64,000 bases of DNA from positions 3,525 through 67,524 of the forward strand of contig CAZCCU010000002.1 in the NCBI GenBank assembly GCA_964497645.1. Reading direction: 5' to 3'. Of this stretch, positions 27,002 to 35,975 are shown one piece after another. Origin of the DNA: an uncultured Methanosarcinales archaeon. GTDB taxonomy: Archaea; Nanobdellota; Nanobdellia; Woesearchaeales; ARS49. The notes under the pieces were generated by a model. It was not told where the DNA came from. It did no database searches and saw only the letters and a list, made by a program, of their open reading frames with translations. The translations under genes were made by a program, and so were the position numbers. Each line of letters opens with the position of its first letter. The stretch's first letter is position 1.

Positions 27002-28096
27002 ATGAGTGGCGCGACTGAATTCGGACGACGCAAGTTTCTCATAATGAGCGGAGCAGCACTTGGCGCAGGCTGCAGAGTAGTCTATGAAGACGGCGTTCCT
27101 GTCGCGCGCGCCACAGACGGAAAGATTGATCCTGGCGTCACTGAATATTATAAAAACACGCCACGCGTACAAGAATATGATGCCGAGATAGCAGATGTCG
27201 TGAACGAAACATGGGTGAAAGAGTTCGGGAGAAGCATTGATGACCGTATCACAATCAGATTTGTTGACAACGCCAGCGCAGTCTGCGGGCATTTCAGCGC
27301 ATGCTATGACGCAGGCCACGACGTTGAATGGAAAGAGCTTAAAGATGTACATTGGAAACGCATCTGGATGCAACGCGGACTTCCACCAATAATAACAACA
27401 AACGTAATAGCACACGAGCTGGGCCACCAGTTTGACCGTTCTGAGAGCATTCCAGAGCTGATGAGCTTCCGTCACGGAGTAAAGTCAAGCGTCCACTTTC
27501 CAGAGTTCAGCAAAAATACGGAATATGGTCTTCTGAACCGCGCGTATTATTCCATAGCAGAAGCGCACAGCGCGATCTGGACGTCATACGAACCTCCCTT
27601 AGGCAAAACACCGCACAACATGGGCAAACTTTCAGCACTATTCGCGCTGAACCAAAACAATGGCGCCTTTGAGGCTGCTCATCAAGCCCTTTTAACAAAT
27701 GGACACGCGTATGCAGACCTCACTGACCGCTTTATCGAACACGCTGCAGCACAACCTGAAGTAACTGTCATACACACACTACCAGACAAAACACAATATG
27801 CAAGCAACGGAGTGTATTTCTTCCTCGCATTCGCAGACCTTATGAACGTGGTCACGCATCAACTAATAGAAAAATACGTCAGAACAAACAACGTACTCGG
27901 TGCTGAAACTAAAGTGTCGCTGGAATACGAACTCCAAAAAGCGTCATTCAACCATCTTGGAAGCATTTACAATCCAGACATTCAAAACCCATTTATTTTC
28001 TATCCTTCAGATTACGACTACAGCATTCCTATGGGAAAATGGATGCCCGAGCCGGAAAATACCCATCCAGGACACCCGCATCCACACACAAAATAG
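27002..28096 (+). CDS. Tat-signal lipoprotein with an HExxH zinc-metalloprotease motif
   Basis: GRRKFLIMSGAALGAGC combines a twin-arginine RRxFL motif with a lipobox Cys. NVIAHELGHQFD is the zinc-protease motif. The C-terminus has a His-rich GHPHPH tail. Confidence 0.6.
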   Translation: MSGATEFGRRKFLIMSGAALGAGCRVVYEDGVPVARATDGKIDPGVTEYYKNTPRVQEYDAEIADVVNETWVKEFGRSIDDRITIRFVDNASAVCGHFSACYDAGHDVEWKELKDVHWKRIWMQRGLPPIITTNVIAHELGHQFDRSESIPELMSFRHGVKSSVHFPEFSKNTEYGLLNRAYYSIAEAHSAIWTSYEPPLGKTPHNMGKLSALFALNQNNGAFEAAHQALLTNGHAYADLTDRFIEHAAAQPEVTVIHTLPDKTQYASNGVYFFLAFADLMNVVTHQLIEKYVRTNNVLGAETKVSLEYELQKASFNHLGSIYNPDIQNPFIFYPSDYDYSIPMGKWMPEPENTHPGHPHPHTK

Positions 28097-28210
28097 CTTT
28101 TTTGCCTACAAATGCAGCAACCTATCCAATTAAGGCCGTAAAAAAGCAAACGCTTAAAAACCATTGCGCATGTTTATGAGAATAAACAGTACTTATGGAG
28201 GCAGTAGAAA

Positions 28211-28411
28211 ATGAAAGGGAAAGTAAAATTTTTTAATACGCAAAAGAAATTCGGCTTCATCGCAGGTGAAGACGGAAAAGAATATTTCGTCCACGAAACC
28301 GGACTTGAGTCAGGTGTTGTATTGAACGAAAATGACGAAGTCACCTTTGAGATTGAGCAAGGAGAAGGAGGCAAAGGTCCGAAAGCAGTCAAAGTCGCGA
28401 AAGCGGCATAA
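28211..28411 (+). CDS. csp: Cold-shock protein (CspA family)
   Basis: KGKVKFFNTQKKFGFI carries the RNP1 motif and VHETGL is the FVHF-like RNP2 motif. A GGAGG Shine-Dalgarno sequence sits 8 nt upstream and an oligo-T run downstream. Confidence 0.9.
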   Translation: MKGKVKFFNTQKKFGFIAGEDGKEYFVHETGLESGVVLNENDEVTFEIEQGEGGKGPKAVKVAKAA

Positions 28412-28440
28412 TTTTTTTAAATTTTCTTTTAAGTTTTTAT
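28412..28440 (+). terminator. Oligo-T tract downstream of csp (archaeal-type intrinsic terminator candidate)
   Basis: TTTTTTTAAATTTTCTTTTAAGTTTTT follows immediately after the csp stop codon. Confidence 0.3.
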
Positions 28441-28462
28441 AATTGCAATAATCTATCTGTCA

Positions 28463-28882
28463 TTACTTCGACATTTTGTTCTGCAATGAAAACCAGTAGA
28501 ACATATGCTCTGGGTCAAACTTGAAGAATTTCTTCACACTTCCAACCTTCTTAAAACCGTTCTTTTCATAGAATTTCCGAGCCCAAACAGTTTTGCTTCC
28601 AGTATTCACGCTGATACCCCGCATTCCTTGGTCGTGCGCATACTTTTTCACGAAATCGAGAAGCTCAGTCCCTATCTTCTTTTCTCTGTAATTTTCCAAC
28701 ACAAATATGAAGTCAAGAAGAATGCGATCCTTGGATGGCTGCAAAATCACCCATCCCAACGCTTTTTCATCTTTAACAAATAAAAACTTCTTAAAGAAAG
28801 ATGCTTGGAACATTTCCTTATTTTCTTTATCCAAGTGAGGCCATACTTGAGTTCTATATTTATTCTTGAATTCGACAATCAT
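28463..28882 (-). CDS. GNAT N-acetyltransferase
   Basis: YREKKIGTELLDFVKKYAHDQG is motif A (R/Q-x-x-G-x-G/A), and FYEKNGFK is the C-terminal GNAT motif. Confidence 0.75.
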   Translation of the reverse strand: MIVEFKNKYRTQVWPHLDKENKEMFQASFFKKFLFVKDEKALGWVILQPSKDRILLDFIFVLENYREKKIGTELLDFVKKYAHDQGMRGISVNTGSKTVWARKFYEKNGFKKVGSVKKFFKFDPEHMFYWFSLQNKMSK

Positions 28883-28883
28883 A

Positions 28884-29285
28884 TCACAACCTCAGCATCT
28901 TGTCCAATTCTTCAGCAGCCTGTTTCATCTCTTCCATCGCTCTCTGCATGTCACGCTGCAAATCGTCGACTAACAAAGACAGGTTGTCTCCGCGCATGAC
29001 ATAACGATTGCCTTCGTGGCGGACAATACCGCGCTCCATCAAAGCATTTAGATGATGAATGACGGTCGCTCTGGTAAGACCAAGCCTATCGGACAATTCA
29101 TCACTAGACAAGCCGCCGGTAGCTTTAATGGCTTTTATTAGTTCTAGAAAAATGCGGTAACAAGACTTGTCCTTGTCACGCTCGCCAAATAAGCCAAGCG
29201 AAGACCCAAACCACTGAAGTTCATCATTTACCGACAACTGCCTGGGCCTTCGCACATTAACAATGGTGATTCTGCGGACGAACAT
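28884..29285 (-). CDS. Winged-helix transcriptional regulator (ArsR/MarR-like); candidate heat-shock regulator
   Basis: The helix-turn-helix SSDELSDRLGLTRATVIHHLNALMERGIV is followed by a wing and a C-terminal coiled coil. The gene is divergent from grpE-dnaK-dnaJ. Confidence 0.6.
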   Translation of the reverse strand: MFVRRITIVNVRRPRQLSVNDELQWFGSSLGLFGERDKDKSCYRIFLELIKAIKATGGLSSDELSDRLGLTRATVIHHLNALMERGIVRHEGNRYVMRGDNLSLLVDDLQRDMQRAMEEMKQAAEELDKMLRL

Positions 29286-29287
29286 GC

Positions 29288-29689
29288 TCAGCCCAGATAC
29301 GTGGGCACGTCAGTCGTTTGTTCAGCCTTCTTCATCATCTCTTTCTGCTTCTTTTCTGCTTTTTCCAATGCCTTAGGCTTCTGAATCTTGCCGAACTCCT
29401 GCTCATACTTCTGGATAACGCTTGTCAGAACATTAAGCAAAGTCTTGGCATGCCACGGGTCAAGCATGATAACATTATGTTTTAACTGAAAACTCGGCTT
29501 CTTGCTCCTCGGATCACTCCTGGGAGTGATGCACTTGTAATCCATGGTCAGCTGCGTGGGAGTAAAATTTACCGTGACCTCGTGCGCGAAAAAAGGCTCT
29601 CCCTCATTGATGTTTATGTTAATCTGTTCTTGTGGCATATGATTCACCTCAACAGCCGGAAGATGGCTGAAGTATATAAATTTTGCCAT
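29288..29689 (-). CDS. DUF3467-like protein
   Basis: INININEGEPFFAHEVTVNFTPTQLTMDY resembles the DUF3467 core. It lies 2 bp from the regulator gene on the same strand, which suggests an operon. Confidence 0.45.
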   Translation of the reverse strand: MAKFIYFSHLPAVEVNHMPQEQINININEGEPFFAHEVTVNFTPTQLTMDYKCITPRSDPRSKKPSFQLKHNVIMLDPWHAKTLLNVLTSVIQKYEQEFGKIQKPKALEKAEKKQKEMMKKAEQTTDVPTYLG

Positions 29690-29715
29690 AATTAAGGAAA
29701 GATTTATATATTAGT

Positions 29716-29789
29716 TATGTCTACTGTCAACTTCGTTGACTTAAAGTCAACCAAATGTGGGTAGGGAATTATCGACAACTTCGTTGTCG
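29716..29789. promoter_or_regulatory. Operator-like palindrome cluster in the divergent promoter region between the DUF3467/wHTH operon and grpE-dnaK-dnaJ
   Basis: GTCAACttcgTTGAC lies at 29716-29730, GTTGACTTaAAGTCAAC at 29725-29741, and CGACAACttcGTTGTCG at 29773-29789. Two copies of the core CAACTTCGTTG are about 57 bp apart. Confidence 0.4.
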
Positions 29790-29814
29790 GAACTTCCTCG
29801 GAGACCTCGGAAGC

Positions 29815-30312
29815 ATGGACGAAAAGGACAAGAAAGAACCAGTGGAGCACGAACAGTTCAAGCAAGAACTGGCAAAGAAAGAAGCGCTGATCGCAGACTA
29901 CACTGACCATTTGAAAAGACTGCAGGCAGAATTCGAAAACTACTGCAAACGCGTTGAAAAAGAACGCAAAGACTTTGCAGGCGTTGCATCAGAAAAACTC
30001 ATTGTCAAGCTATTGCTTGTAATCGATGACTTTGAACGCGCCCTGGCGACGCTCAAAAGCGTGCCGGAAGAAGCGCGAAAAGGAATCGAGATGATTTTCA
30101 AGAATTTACACAAGATTTTGCATGAAGAAAGAGTCGAGCAGATAAAAGCAGTAGGACAAAAATTAGACCCGTACAAGCACGAAGTCCTGCTGCAAACACA
30201 AAGCGACCAGCCAGACGACATCATACTCGAAGAATTACAAAAAGGATACACGATGAATGGAAAAGTCATCAGGTATGCTAAAGTAAAAATCAGCAAACAC
30301 GGAGGAAAATAA
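29815..30312 (+). CDS. grpE: Nucleotide exchange factor GrpE
   Basis: [29 protein letters not shown] and [12 protein letters not shown] match GrpE. The ATG at 29815 is preferred over the upstream ATG at 29755 used by the track. Confidence 0.85.
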   Translation: MDEKDKKEPVEHEQFKQELAKKEALIADYTDHLKRLQAEFENYCKRVEKERKDFAGVASEKLIVKLLLVIDDFERALATLKSVPEEARKGIEMIFKNLHKILHEERVEQIKAVGQKLDPYKHEVLLQTQSDQPDDIILEELQKGYTMNGKVIRYAKVKISKHGGK

Positions 30313-30313
30313 A

Positions 30314-32137
30314 ATGGGTAAAGAAAAAATCATAGGCATAGATCTCGGCACATCGAACAGTGCAGCATCAGTTTTAGAAGCAGGCAGGCCAAAAATAATC
30401 CCGTCAGCAGAAGGAGTATCGCTATACGGAAAAGCATTCCCGTCATTCGTCGCGTTTACGAAGGATGGACAGCTTCTTGTTGGCGAGCCGGCAAGACGAC
30501 AAGCAGTCTCAAACCCGCACGGAACAATCTACGCTGCAAAAAGAAAGATGGGCACTAATTTCAAATACCAAATCCACGGCAAAGAATACACTCCTCAGCA
30601 AATTTCTGCGTTTATCCTGCAGAAGATCAAGCGAGATGCTGAATCATTCTTAGGAGAGCCAATAACGAAAGCAGTGATTACAGTTCCTGCCTACTTTGAT
30701 GATAATCAGAGACAAGCAACCAAAGACGCAGGAACAATCGCAGGATTGGAAGTTGTACGCATTGTAAATGAGCCAACATCAGCAGCACTCGCATACGGTC
30801 TTGACAAAGCAGGCCAGGAACAAAAGATTCTCGTGTTTGACCTTGGCGGCGGAACATTAGACGTCACAATCATGGACTTCTCAGAAGGAGTCTTTGAAGT
30901 CGTAAGCACATCAGGAGACACGCAGCTAGGTGGCACAGATATGGATAATGTGTTGATTAGCTACATTGTCAAGGACTTCCAGAAAGAATCTGGAGTTGAT
31001 TTGAGCACAGACGCAGTAGCAATGCAGAGAATCAGAGAATCAGCAGAAAAAGCAAAAATAGAATTGAGCACAGTACTTGAGACTGAAATCAACCTGCCAT
31101 TCGTCACGGCAACACAGCAAGGACCAAAACACTTGCAGATGAAGCTCACACGAGCCAAATTAGACGAGTTGATTGATCCGATAGTTAAAAAATGCAAGAA
31201 ATCAGTCGACCAAGCAATAAGCGACTCAAAATTAGCAGTCAAGGACCTACACAGAGTCGTCCTTGTAGGCGGACCAACAAGAATGCCACTAGTCCAGAAG
31301 TATCTGGAACAATGGTTCGGCAACAAGGTTGAAAGAAGCATCGACCCGATGGAATGCGTCGCAATGGGAGCAGCAATCCAAGCAGGAGTGCTCGCAGGAG
31401 AAGTAAAAGACATACTGTTGCTGGACGTCACACCATTAAGCTTAGGAATTGAGACACTCGGAGGCGTGTTCACCAAATTAATTGAAAGAAACACAACAAT
31501 TCCAGTAAAAAGAAGCCAAAACTTCAGCACTGCGGCAGACGACCAGTCAGCTGTCACAATAAGAATCTCGCAAGGAGAACGACCAATGTTTACTGATAAT
31601 AAACTGCTCGGACAATTCGACCTTGTAGGAATCCCGTCAGCTCCCCGCGGAATCCCGCAGATTGAAGTTACGTTCGATATTGACGCGAACGGAATACTCA
31701 ATGTTTCTGCAAAAGACCTTGGCACCGAAAAAGAACAGAGCATGAGAATAACAGCTCCAAACAAGCTGGACACGGCAGAAGTCGAAAAAATGCGCAAACA
31801 AGCAGAAGAGTTCGCAGAAGTTGACAAGAAAAAGAAAGACGAAATAGAAACAATCAACCAAGCAGACACGCTGGTCTACACTGCAGAAAAACAGATGAAA
31901 GACTTTGAAGGCAAAATAAGCGAAAAAGAAATAAAGGACGTCAAAGACAAGATAAACGAGCTCAAGAAATTATTGGCAGAGAGTCCACGAGACCCTGCAA
32001 AGATAAAGAAAAACCTTGACGAGTGCAACCACGTCCTGCACGCGGCAGCCACTGCTTTGTACCAAAAAGCAGGCGCAAAAGCGCAAAAGCCAGGCAAGGG
32101 CAAAGAAGAAGATGTCGTAGACGCGGAAAAAGCATAA
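30314..32137 (+). CDS. dnaK: Chaperone DnaK (Hsp70)
   Basis: [29 protein letters not shown] and the substrate-binding domain give full-length Hsp70 homology. Confidence 0.97.
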   Translation: MGKEKIIGIDLGTSNSAASVLEAGRPKIIPSAEGVSLYGKAFPSFVAFTKDGQLLVGEPARRQAVSNPHGTIYAAKRKMGTNFKYQIHGKEYTPQQISAFILQKIKRDAESFLGEPITKAVITVPAYFDDNQRQATKDAGTIAGLEVVRIVNEPTSAALAYGLDKAGQEQKILVFDLGGGTLDVTIMDFSEGVFEVVSTSGDTQLGGTDMDNVLISYIVKDFQKESGVDLSTDAVAMQRIRESAEKAKIELSTVLETEINLPFVTATQQGPKHLQMKLTRAKLDELIDPIVKKCKKSVDQAISDSKLAVKDLHRVVLVGGPTRMPLVQKYLEQWFGNKVERSIDPMECVAMGAAIQAGVLAGEVKDILLLDVTPLSLGIETLGGVFTKLIERNTTIPVKRSQNFSTAADDQSAVTIRISQGERPMFTDNKLLGQFDLVGIPSAPRGIPQIEVTFDIDANGILNVSAKDLGTEKEQSMRITAPNKLDTAEVEKMRKQAEEFAEVDKKKKDEIETINQADTLVYTAEKQMKDFEGKISEKEIKDVKDKINELKKLLAESPRDPAKIKKNLDECNHVLHAAATALYQKAGAKAQKPGKGKEEDVVDAEKA

Positions 32138-32155
32138 GTTCAAGAGACTGAACCA

Positions 32156-32314
32156 ATGGAATACAAACTATATGCGTACATCGCATTTGCACTCTTAGCA
32201 GTCTATTTCTTAGTGCGAATGGCAGAGCAATGGGCGATAAAAAAGCTCATAAGAGCAGAATTCGAACACGTTATTCATAGTGAGGAACACAAGGTCAAAG
32301 GACGATATCAATGA
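32156..32314 (+). CDS. Small one-helix membrane peptide; not in the ORF track
   Basis: It translates as MEYKLYAYIAFALLAVYFLVRMAEQWAIKKLIRAEFEHVIHSEEHKVKGRYQ (52 aa). Its stop overlaps the dnaJ ATG as ATGA. Confidence 0.3.
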   Translation: MEYKLYAYIAFALLAVYFLVRMAEQWAIKKLIRAEFEHVIHSEEHKVKGRYQ

Positions 32315-33375
32315 CCAAGGATTATTACAAGATTCTCGGAATAGAAAAAGGAGTGTCAACAGAAGACATCAAAAAGGCCTACAAGAAACTAGCCAAAAAA
32401 TACCATCCAGACATCAACAAAGAAGCCGGTGCATCTGACAAGTTCAAAGAAATAAACGAAGCAGCAGCGGTATTAGGTGACCCTGACAAAAGAGCGCAAT
32501 ACGACCAGTTCGGCACAGCAGACTCCGGACAACAATTCTCAGGATTCGACTTTAGAGACTTCGCTGGCAGTGTTAATTTTGATGACATATTCGACCAATT
32601 CTTCTCAGGATTCGGCTTCAAAAAAGGCAGAAGCGGAAGACCAGGCAGAGATTTAGTAGCAGAAGTCGATATTACACTAGAAGACGTAGCTAAGGGCGCT
32701 ACGCGAGAAATCGACGTGCAAAGAATGGTGCAGTGCGCAGAATGCCGAGGCAAAGGCGGAAGCAATTTCACACAATGCAACACCTGCCAAGGACAAGGCG
32801 TGGTAAGACACGCAAAAAGAACACCATTCGGAATGTTCGCAACGACAACATCCTGCAATAACTGCCGCGGCAGCGGAGAAGTCGCTGAAAACATCTGCAA
32901 AGAATGCGACGGAGAAGGAAGATTGGTAAGCAGAGAGCCAGTAAAAGTCAAAATACCAGCAGGAATACATGATGGAATGCGATTGCGCGTCAGCGGAGAA
33001 GGAGAAGCAGGAGAGCACGGAGCGCCAGCAGGAGACCTTTATGTTCTAGTACACGTCCCTGAAGACAAAAGATTCACCCGAGATGGAGAAGATTTGATCA
33101 TCGAACAGCCAATCAGCTTTTCAACAGCATGCATGGGTGGTGAGCTGACAGTTGAAACACTTGAAGGCAAGAAAAAAATCGATGTAAAGCCAGGAACGCA
33201 GAATAATTCTGAGATAAGGCTTGACGGAGAAGGACTTCCAGAGCTAAGAAGCGGAAGACAAGGAGACTTTGTAATAAAAATATCAGTTGAAGTCCCAAAG
33301 AAAATAAGCAAAAAACAGGCAGAGTTACTGAAAGAATTCGAGAAAGAAGGCAAAAAGAAATGGGGATTGTTCTGA
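32311..33375 (+). CDS. dnaJ: Chaperone DnaJ (type I)
   Basis: The J domain carries HPD in YHPDINKE. A G/F region follows, then four CxxCxGxG zinc-finger repeats and the C-terminal domains. Confidence 0.95.
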   Translation: MTKDYYKILGIEKGVSTEDIKKAYKKLAKKYHPDINKEAGASDKFKEINEAAAVLGDPDKRAQYDQFGTADSGQQFSGFDFRDFAGSVNFDDIFDQFFSGFGFKKGRSGRPGRDLVAEVDITLEDVAKGATREIDVQRMVQCAECRGKGGSNFTQCNTCQGQGVVRHAKRTPFGMFATTTSCNNCRGSGEVAENICKECDGEGRLVSREPVKVKIPAGIHDGMRLRVSGEGEAGEHGAPAGDLYVLVHVPEDKRFTRDGEDLIIEQPISFSTACMGGELTVETLEGKKKIDVKPGTQNNSEIRLDGEGLPELRSGRQGDFVIKISVEVPKKISKKQAELLKEFEKEGKKKWGLF

Positions 33376-34266
33376 TTATTTCTTAATATTTTTAACGTAA
33401 AAAGTTGACTCGTCCCCGTCAAATTTCAGCGCACGAGCGCTGTCATCATATATTTTCTTGAAATCATCAATAAGTCTTGCTCTCTTTGCCGGCTCTTTTC
33501 TGAACAAAGGATGTTTTTGTGCAGGATAAAGCCACACTTGATTAATATTGCCTATGCGGGCAACTTCGCAAGCAACTTTGAGGCCGAGAACACTGGTAGG
33601 GTCCGCCTTTGGATAATCAGTGCGGGTATCTTGTATTTGGTCAACAACAATAACATCGTCAGCTGCCATTTTCCTATACCAAAAGCCAACCGTGCTCAAA
33701 TGCTGGTATGGTTCCTCTGAGCCAGCTGGATGATGCAGAATTTCAATGTTGAATGGAGCATCAGAAACAACCGCTTCACCAGGCCTGTTACCAATGCCGA
33801 AATTCGTCCTGACTTTATAACGAGAACTGAAATCTTCGCCCAACCTGACGCGGTCGGTAAGTTCAGCACGCGTGTTGAATTGCCGAAGATAATCGATAAC
33901 GCCATTGCTGACAGTTGGTTCTGTGCCAATTAGATATGCCTCGAGAAGAAAATCAGGAACTGCCATTTTTCTTGCCAAAAGAGGGACAAGCGCTGCAGGC
34001 ATCACTCTAGGCGACGGTCTTAATTGATCGCCTGCAGTGTCAAAATAATTGTCAGCACCATCTAAATTACTTAAATCATCCTTGAGTAACTCAAAAGCAT
34101 CAGATAAGTCTTTGTCCGAAAGGGGCTCTTGTGTATTTAGAATGGTTCCAAGATTGCACCGCAACTCAGAAAACCTACCTTCGCAAGTGACCTCTCTCTT
34201 ACGTCTAGAGTCCCCCATAACCACCGGCGAGTGATTAATATATAAAAATCTACCGTTTTTAAGCAT
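33376..34266 (-). CDS. Unknown-function protein, paralog B of a tandem pair
   Basis: It shares CEGRF(S/N)EL, R(T)(N/K)FGIG, VV(S/P)DAP(F/Y)(N/S)IE, VGFWY, QIQ, KHP(L/M)F and Y(D/Y)DS(A)(R/K)ALxF with the upstream gene. Confidence 0.6.
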   Translation of the reverse strand: MLKNGRFLYINHSPVVMGDSRRKREVTCEGRFSELRCNLGTILNTQEPLSDKDLSDAFELLKDDLSNLDGADNYFDTAGDQLRPSPRVMPAALVPLLARKMAVPDFLLEAYLIGTEPTVSNGVIDYLRQFNTRAELTDRVRLGEDFSSRYKVRTNFGIGNRPGEAVVSDAPFNIEILHHPAGSEEPYQHLSTVGFWYRKMAADDVIVVDQIQDTRTDYPKADPTSVLGLKVACEVARIGNINQVWLYPAQKHPLFRKEPAKRARLIDDFKKIYDDSARALKFDGDESTFYVKNIKK

Positions 34267-34268
34267 AC

Positions 34269-35213
34269 TTATAACACCTTCTTATAATAAGTACTTCTGG
34301 TTCCTGTAAAACCTAGAGCTTTAGCACTAGAGTCGTAGTACCCAGTAAATTCACCTTTCATTCTTGGCTTTCTATCCGGAAATTGCATAAACATAGGGTG
34401 CTTGTCTGCGGAATAGGTCTCTATTGCTCCGAAGCCCAGTTGTCTGGCTACCAGCTCGGCAATCTCCATGCCAACGATTCCCATTTGGGAGTCATTGCCA
34501 GGAAGCTGAGCCTTCTGGGGCTGCTGAATCTGGCTAATAACCATGACATCTTTCTTTTCCATAGGATCGTGTTTATACCAGAAACCAACAAGCAAAGACG
34601 GCTTTTTATCAGGGTTGAAAAGCTCAATACTGTACGGAGCGTCTGGAACAACAGCATCAGCTTCAGTGCGGCCAATGCCAAACTTGGTTCTTAATGAAAA
34701 TCCTCTTAAAGGAGCTCTATCAGGAGCTAAGCGAATAGGCTGTTCATAGCCCTTTTTAGCCTTCTCGTGATCCTTAACGGTCTCTTTTCGGATAGCTATC
34801 CGCCTTGAATCCAGGTCAAGATCAAGCTCTTCTTCAAGGTCCAGACCTTTGTGCCATTTTCCAAGGAGGCCGGCCATCCTGCTTCCGCAATTCTGGCGTT
34901 CTAAATAGCCTCGTGGTAAGCTTTCTTCCATCACGAATGCTCTGGAAATAAGCGGGACGAGATCTATGTGGGCATCAGCATCTGCATGTAATGAGTTAGG
35001 CCTAATAATATCCATATTTGACTGGAAATATGGGTCCAGTGGGTCAATAGTTTCCAGCCGATTAGCAATTAGGAAATAGGCATCCCTTAGCTCTTTAGGA
35101 GTCACACTCCTACTAAGACCTGGGGGCAATAGCAGTTCAAGAGCTTCAGTCAATTCGCCAGTAAGCTCGTTGAACCTTCCTTCACATTTTATAGTTCTTA
35201 CCTCGTTTTCCAT
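34269..35213 (-). CDS. Unknown-function protein, paralog A of a tandem pair
   Basis: It shows the same motif set as 33376-34266 at about 35-40% identity over the full length (estimated by eye). The two genes are 2 bp apart on the same strand. Confidence 0.6.
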   Translation of the reverse strand: MENEVRTIKCEGRFNELTGELTEALELLLPPGLSRSVTPKELRDAYFLIANRLETIDPLDPYFQSNMDIIRPNSLHADADAHIDLVPLISRAFVMEESLPRGYLERQNCGSRMAGLLGKWHKGLDLEEELDLDLDSRRIAIRKETVKDHEKAKKGYEQPIRLAPDRAPLRGFSLRTKFGIGRTEADAVVPDAPYSIELFNPDKKPSLLVGFWYKHDPMEKKDVMVISQIQQPQKAQLPGNDSQMGIVGMEIAELVARQLGFGAIETYSADKHPMFMQFPDRKPRMKGEFTGYYDSSAKALGFTGTRSTYYKKVL

Positions 35214-35351
35214 AGTACTACTATGTAGTGGTTAAAGTATATAAATCTTACTGTTTTTACCACTTTTAAGTGACTAAATAAGAGAGGTTTAAATAGCGAA
35301 GACAATATCACTTACTTCTTTAAAGCAGGTGAAAACAGAATTTGTAATGCT

Positions 35352-35888
35352 CTAGGCACACAGTTCTCTCAATCTCTTCAAAGCGCGAGCCTTGAAAGTG
35401 CGGACTTTTGACGCCGGTACTTTCAGCATAGCCCCAATTTCAACAAAAGTATGCGGTTTTTGGTCGTACAAACCATAATGGGAAGTAATCACGTACCGCT
35501 CATGCAGAGGCAAAGACTTCACTTCCCTGCAAAGCCTGTTAATAGCCGACCGGTCCTCTCTATTAATGATGTCATCCAGCGGAGTCCGCCCATGCGCAGC
35601 ATCATGATCAAGAGAGTCAAACGGCTCAAAGTGCCTCGACCGGCGCTTTTCAGTCTTAGTGATGTCCATAATCTTACGGCCCATGCACGTACAGACATAC
35701 GTTGAAAAAGATCCTTTTTTAGGATCATACTTCTGGGCAACTTCCCACATCCTGAACGCTGCTTCCTGCGCAGCATCATCACGCAGATAAAGAGGGCTAC
35801 GATTTTTTGCCATCGCATACGCCAAGCGCATATGAGAAGCAACCAAAGAGTCAACCGGCTTATTACTTCCCTGATAGTCCCCACTCAT
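35352..35888 (-). CDS. Sigma-70-family protein (regions 2 and 4; ECF-sized, 178 aa)
   Basis: Region 2 reads DDAAQEAAFRMWEVAQKYDPKKGSFSTYVCTCMGRKIMDITKTEKRR, against the consensus D-L-V-Q-E ... F-S-T-W-L ... Rxxxd. Region 4.2 reads LPLHERYVITSHYGLYDQKPHTFVEIGAMLKVPASKVRTFKARALKRLRE, against RFGL..TLEEIG....VTRERIRQIE.KALRKLR. Confidence 0.65.
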   Translation of the reverse strand: MSGDYQGSNKPVDSLVASHMRLAYAMAKNRSPLYLRDDAAQEAAFRMWEVAQKYDPKKGSFSTYVCTCMGRKIMDITKTEKRRSRHFEPFDSLDHDAAHGRTPLDDIINREDRSAINRLCREVKSLPLHERYVITSHYGLYDQKPHTFVEIGAMLKVPASKVRTFKARALKRLRELCA

Positions 35889-35975
35889 GTAAATCAGGAA
35901 TTTGGAGAGCTATAAAAAGATATCGCGATGATTTAAGTCACAATCTTTATAATAGCAAAAAACTTTTGCAAGATC

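Noticed and set aside
30961-31869. A 302-aa minus-strand ORF plus several others antisense to dnaK
   Set aside because: They are nested antisense within the unmistakable dnaK gene. Their Ser/Cys-rich low-complexity translations are typical shadow ORFs.
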